Assembly: GCA_965644295.1 (NCBI GenBank)
Contig: CBFFRP010000234.1
Coordinates: 225,745 to 289,744 of the forward strand
Direction of reading: 5' to 3'
Source of the DNA: Paraphysomonas bandaiensis
Lineage: Eukaryota; Protista; Chrysophyceae
DNA length: 64,000 nt
Shown piece by piece: positions 61,420 through 64,000 of this stretch; position 1 is the first letter of the stretch, and each line of letters starts with the position of its first letter. A program made the position numbers and the translations under genes. Under the pieces are notes generated by a model. The model saw only the letters and a list, made by a program, of their open reading frames with translations, had not been told where the DNA came from and made no database searches.

Positions 61420-62607
61420 TTACAATACTATTACATTCGATGCATCAGTATCATTATACTGACTGGAAGCTAAGTGCTTATCTTTAACAGGTAGATTAAC
61501 ATCTTTTCCTTTCTTTAGCAGTCTCTTCTCCTGATATAAACCACCATTAGAAAAATCTAATCTGCATATAATACTCACTTTTTTAGACAGTTTTTTCACA
61601 GATTTAATGCGCTTATCACGATATTCATTTCGATCTTCTGTCGCTGTTTTTATCTGGTTGGTACATAAATTGTCTTGTTCACTACAGTTTTCAATCACTT
61701 CTGCGATGTCACCACTTGGCCTTTTAGAGTACGCCCCGGCTAGCTCCCCTGGCCGAGGATTAGCTACTAACATTTCTACAGTACTATCGAAGTCATAGCT
61801 GCAAAGGTCCAGTGCGGTGCGAATATCTTGAGGCGTAGCCCAAGGTGTCACTTGTAAAACTTGAGTATAGACGTACTCCTGTTTAGCACCGGACACGGCC
61901 AGAGAGGTATTGCTTGTCACAGGTCCGGAGTTGTTAGCCTGAGGTAGTTCAACATGGGGAAGGGAAATGGCTGCCTGCTTATCTATGCGTTTCAAGGAGT
62001 TGTAATGATACTCCCCATGATAGGACAGGTGAAGTTCTGTCCGACTTTTCGCAGGAGATGGAAGTAAGAAGGTAGGTCCGTCGAGTTGGTGAACATGAAT
62101 ATCAACGCATAATACCTGCGATGCAGCGTAGAGCTCTTGGTGACCTCCCCACTCTCCAGGACACCTAAATATTATACAGTTAACTGAAAACAGTTTTGAA
62201 TGTAAAACAAAATGCTCAGTCATGTACTGTATTTACATGTTCATCACAAACCACCTCAGTCTATTTACATAGTCATCAAAGCTCTCATCGTCCTCTATGA
62301 ATAAACTGAAATGCTCATCATTCGCAGCAATATAATTCATTATAGCATCTCTAACTTCGATATGCTTCTTGTCATCGCCGTACAACTGGTCTGATAGAGA
62401 TCGAAACAAGCAGTTGCCATCGCCGTCAATGTATTCAATGCGAAAGCCATCTTGAAGTAATTCGTCCGCGAATTTTCTTTCAGCGGAGGATTCATAATCA
62501 CGTTTACGATGAATTTCTTTCTTTATTCTCTTCTTTTCCATCCTATCAGCCTTCTTGTCATTGGCCATTTTCTGTGCAGCGGCTTTCTTTTTTGACTGTT
62601 TCGGCAT
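61420..62607 (-). CDS. OTU-domain deubiquitinase (OTUD3-like) with UBA/CUE-like segment, 3 exons
   Basis: DGDGNCLFRSLSDQL, GEWGGHQEL, LHLSYHGEYHYNS; VTPW...IRTALDLCSYDFDSTVEML. Confidence 0.88.
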
Positions 62608-63033
62608 CTCTCTCCTCCCTATGCACAGGACTGAGACATCAATGCATCCTCAATGCCATATTGCACCCTGTTATAACTGCTCTGCTCTTGCATATGCATT
62701 GCATCACAGTCGGAGAAATGTTCGTGCAGAATATTCCTTCCCAGCCGTGTGGGTATCAGTCGGATCTGGTGTGGTCCTGTCCTACATGTGTATGTGTGTA
62801 TGGTACATGTCTAGATGTCTGCAGCATATACACCGCTGTATGTATGCATATAGCCGCATAGAGAATTCCGTATAACTTCATCCCGGAATACGTCTCCCGG
62901 AATATTTCAGTTTGCCCCTTCAAGATATTATGACGGTTAAGTTTCAAAGCCTGTTCAATAGCAGGAAAGTACAGTGCAAGAACTAAGTTGAAATATCCAA
63001 ACCATCCTGCAAACACATCATAGCAGAGCAGGC

Positions 63034-63594
63034 ATGTTGTCGAAAAAGTTTGGAGGCTCAAGCGCTCTCTCTCCCCCTAAAAGAGGAAGAGCAGCTAAAC
63101 CATCGAAGCAAGGGCTGGATGACGAATCCATGGAAGAAATTAAGGAAGCTTTCAATTTGTTCGATACTGAAGGCAAGGGTGTCATCGATGTCAGAGAATT
63201 AAAAGCCGCATTTAGAGCGCTTGGATTTCAAGTGAAAAAAGCCGAAATACGTCAAATGTTTGTCGATATGGATAAAGACTTTGCTTCGGCGACTGTTACG
63301 TTTGATGAATTCGTAGAAATGGTCAAACCACGAATGTTGAGCCGAGACTCAAGAGAAGAAATACTAAAAGTGTTTGCGTTGTTTGATGATGACAATACTG
63401 GGGCCGTATCCTTTAAAAATTTGAAACGGGTCGCGAATGAACTTGGAGAGAACCTCACTGATGAGGAGTTGCAGGAGATGATAGACGAAGCAGACAGAGA
63501 CGGAGACGGCGTCATCAACGAAGAAGAATTCTATCGCGTTATGAGAAAGAGAGAAAACCCACTTGATGAAATTGATTCTGACGACGATTTCTAA
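63034..63594 (+). CDS. CETN: Centrin (caltractin)
   Basis: [71 protein letters not shown]. Confidence 0.92.
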   Translation: MLSKKFGGSSALSPPKRGRAAKPSKQGLDDESMEEIKEAFNLFDTEGKGVIDVRELKAAFRALGFQVKKAEIRQMFVDMDKDFASATVTFDEFVEMVKPRMLSRDSREEILKVFALFDDDNTGAVSFKNLKRVANELGENLTDEELQEMIDEADRDGDGVINEEEFYRVMRKRENPLDEIDSDDDF

Positions 63595-64000
63595 TATTTG
63601 TAAATTACCATACATGGCCGAAAGACCGTATATTTTAGTTGTGTAGCAGATGCAGTTGCACTATAGCCATGTCAGCTCCATATGTTTGCGATTATGAATA
63701 ATATATTGCCTATGATACACATGTGTATGTGTAATGAGGTGCTTGTAGTAATAATAATTATTATATCGCTGCTACCATATAATCTTTCATGCGTACAGAT
63801 GATGTAGGTAGGATATGAGAGTGCTAAAGCCTTCTTGCAACAATTATACTCTTACCACTATCAAACCCTGCTATATCTAAAACTCCTTACATATATATAA
63901 GTAAATATGATCTGAAGATGTGACATTTTTAATTACTTAATGCATTGCCATCAATTTTTTACATGTCATCACTCTTGCATTTTAGGTTTAAATGTTTAGT

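Noticed and set aside
1-64000. Alternative genetic code or stop-codon readthrough
   Set aside because: In-frame stops in conserved genes fall within GT-AG (one GC-AG) introns, and TAA, TAG and TGA all end genes

Overview
Eukaryotic nuclear DNA with many short (~45-80 nt) introns. The gene set (DRC10, centrin, PX-tailed myosin, PT-repeat secreted proteins) suggests a flagellated stramenopile, possibly a chrysophyte-like ochrophyte; this is inference. About 17 protein genes are present: PP5 (3' part), myosin-PX, GT61, ABC-F, a FEX/CrcB fluoride exporter with a long Cys-repeat tail, a PT-repeat protein, HRQ1, DRC10/IQCD, an atypical asparagine-synthetase-like enzyme, an EamA transporter, SWIB/BAF60, DUF389, an RCC1/BLIP-II-like repeat protein, NUDT1, a signal-peptide tandem-SET protein, a single-pass membrane protein, an OTU deubiquitinase and centrin. 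Most sit in head-to-head pairs with ~0.4-0.75 kb between starts. There are three tandem tRNA-Thr(AGT) genes. Mobile and repeat DNA includes an intact Ty1/copia element with apparently identical 319-bp LTRs, hAT remnants, an unclassified ~0.5 kb dispersed repeat (4 copies), a ~350-bp-arm inverted repeat and a 1.1-kb (TATG)n array. The best candidates for novelty are the FEX-Cys-repeat fusion, the secretory tandem-SET protein, the AsnB-like/EamA pair, the foldback structure and the unclassified repeat family. Exon boundaries and family calls were made by eye, with no database searches.
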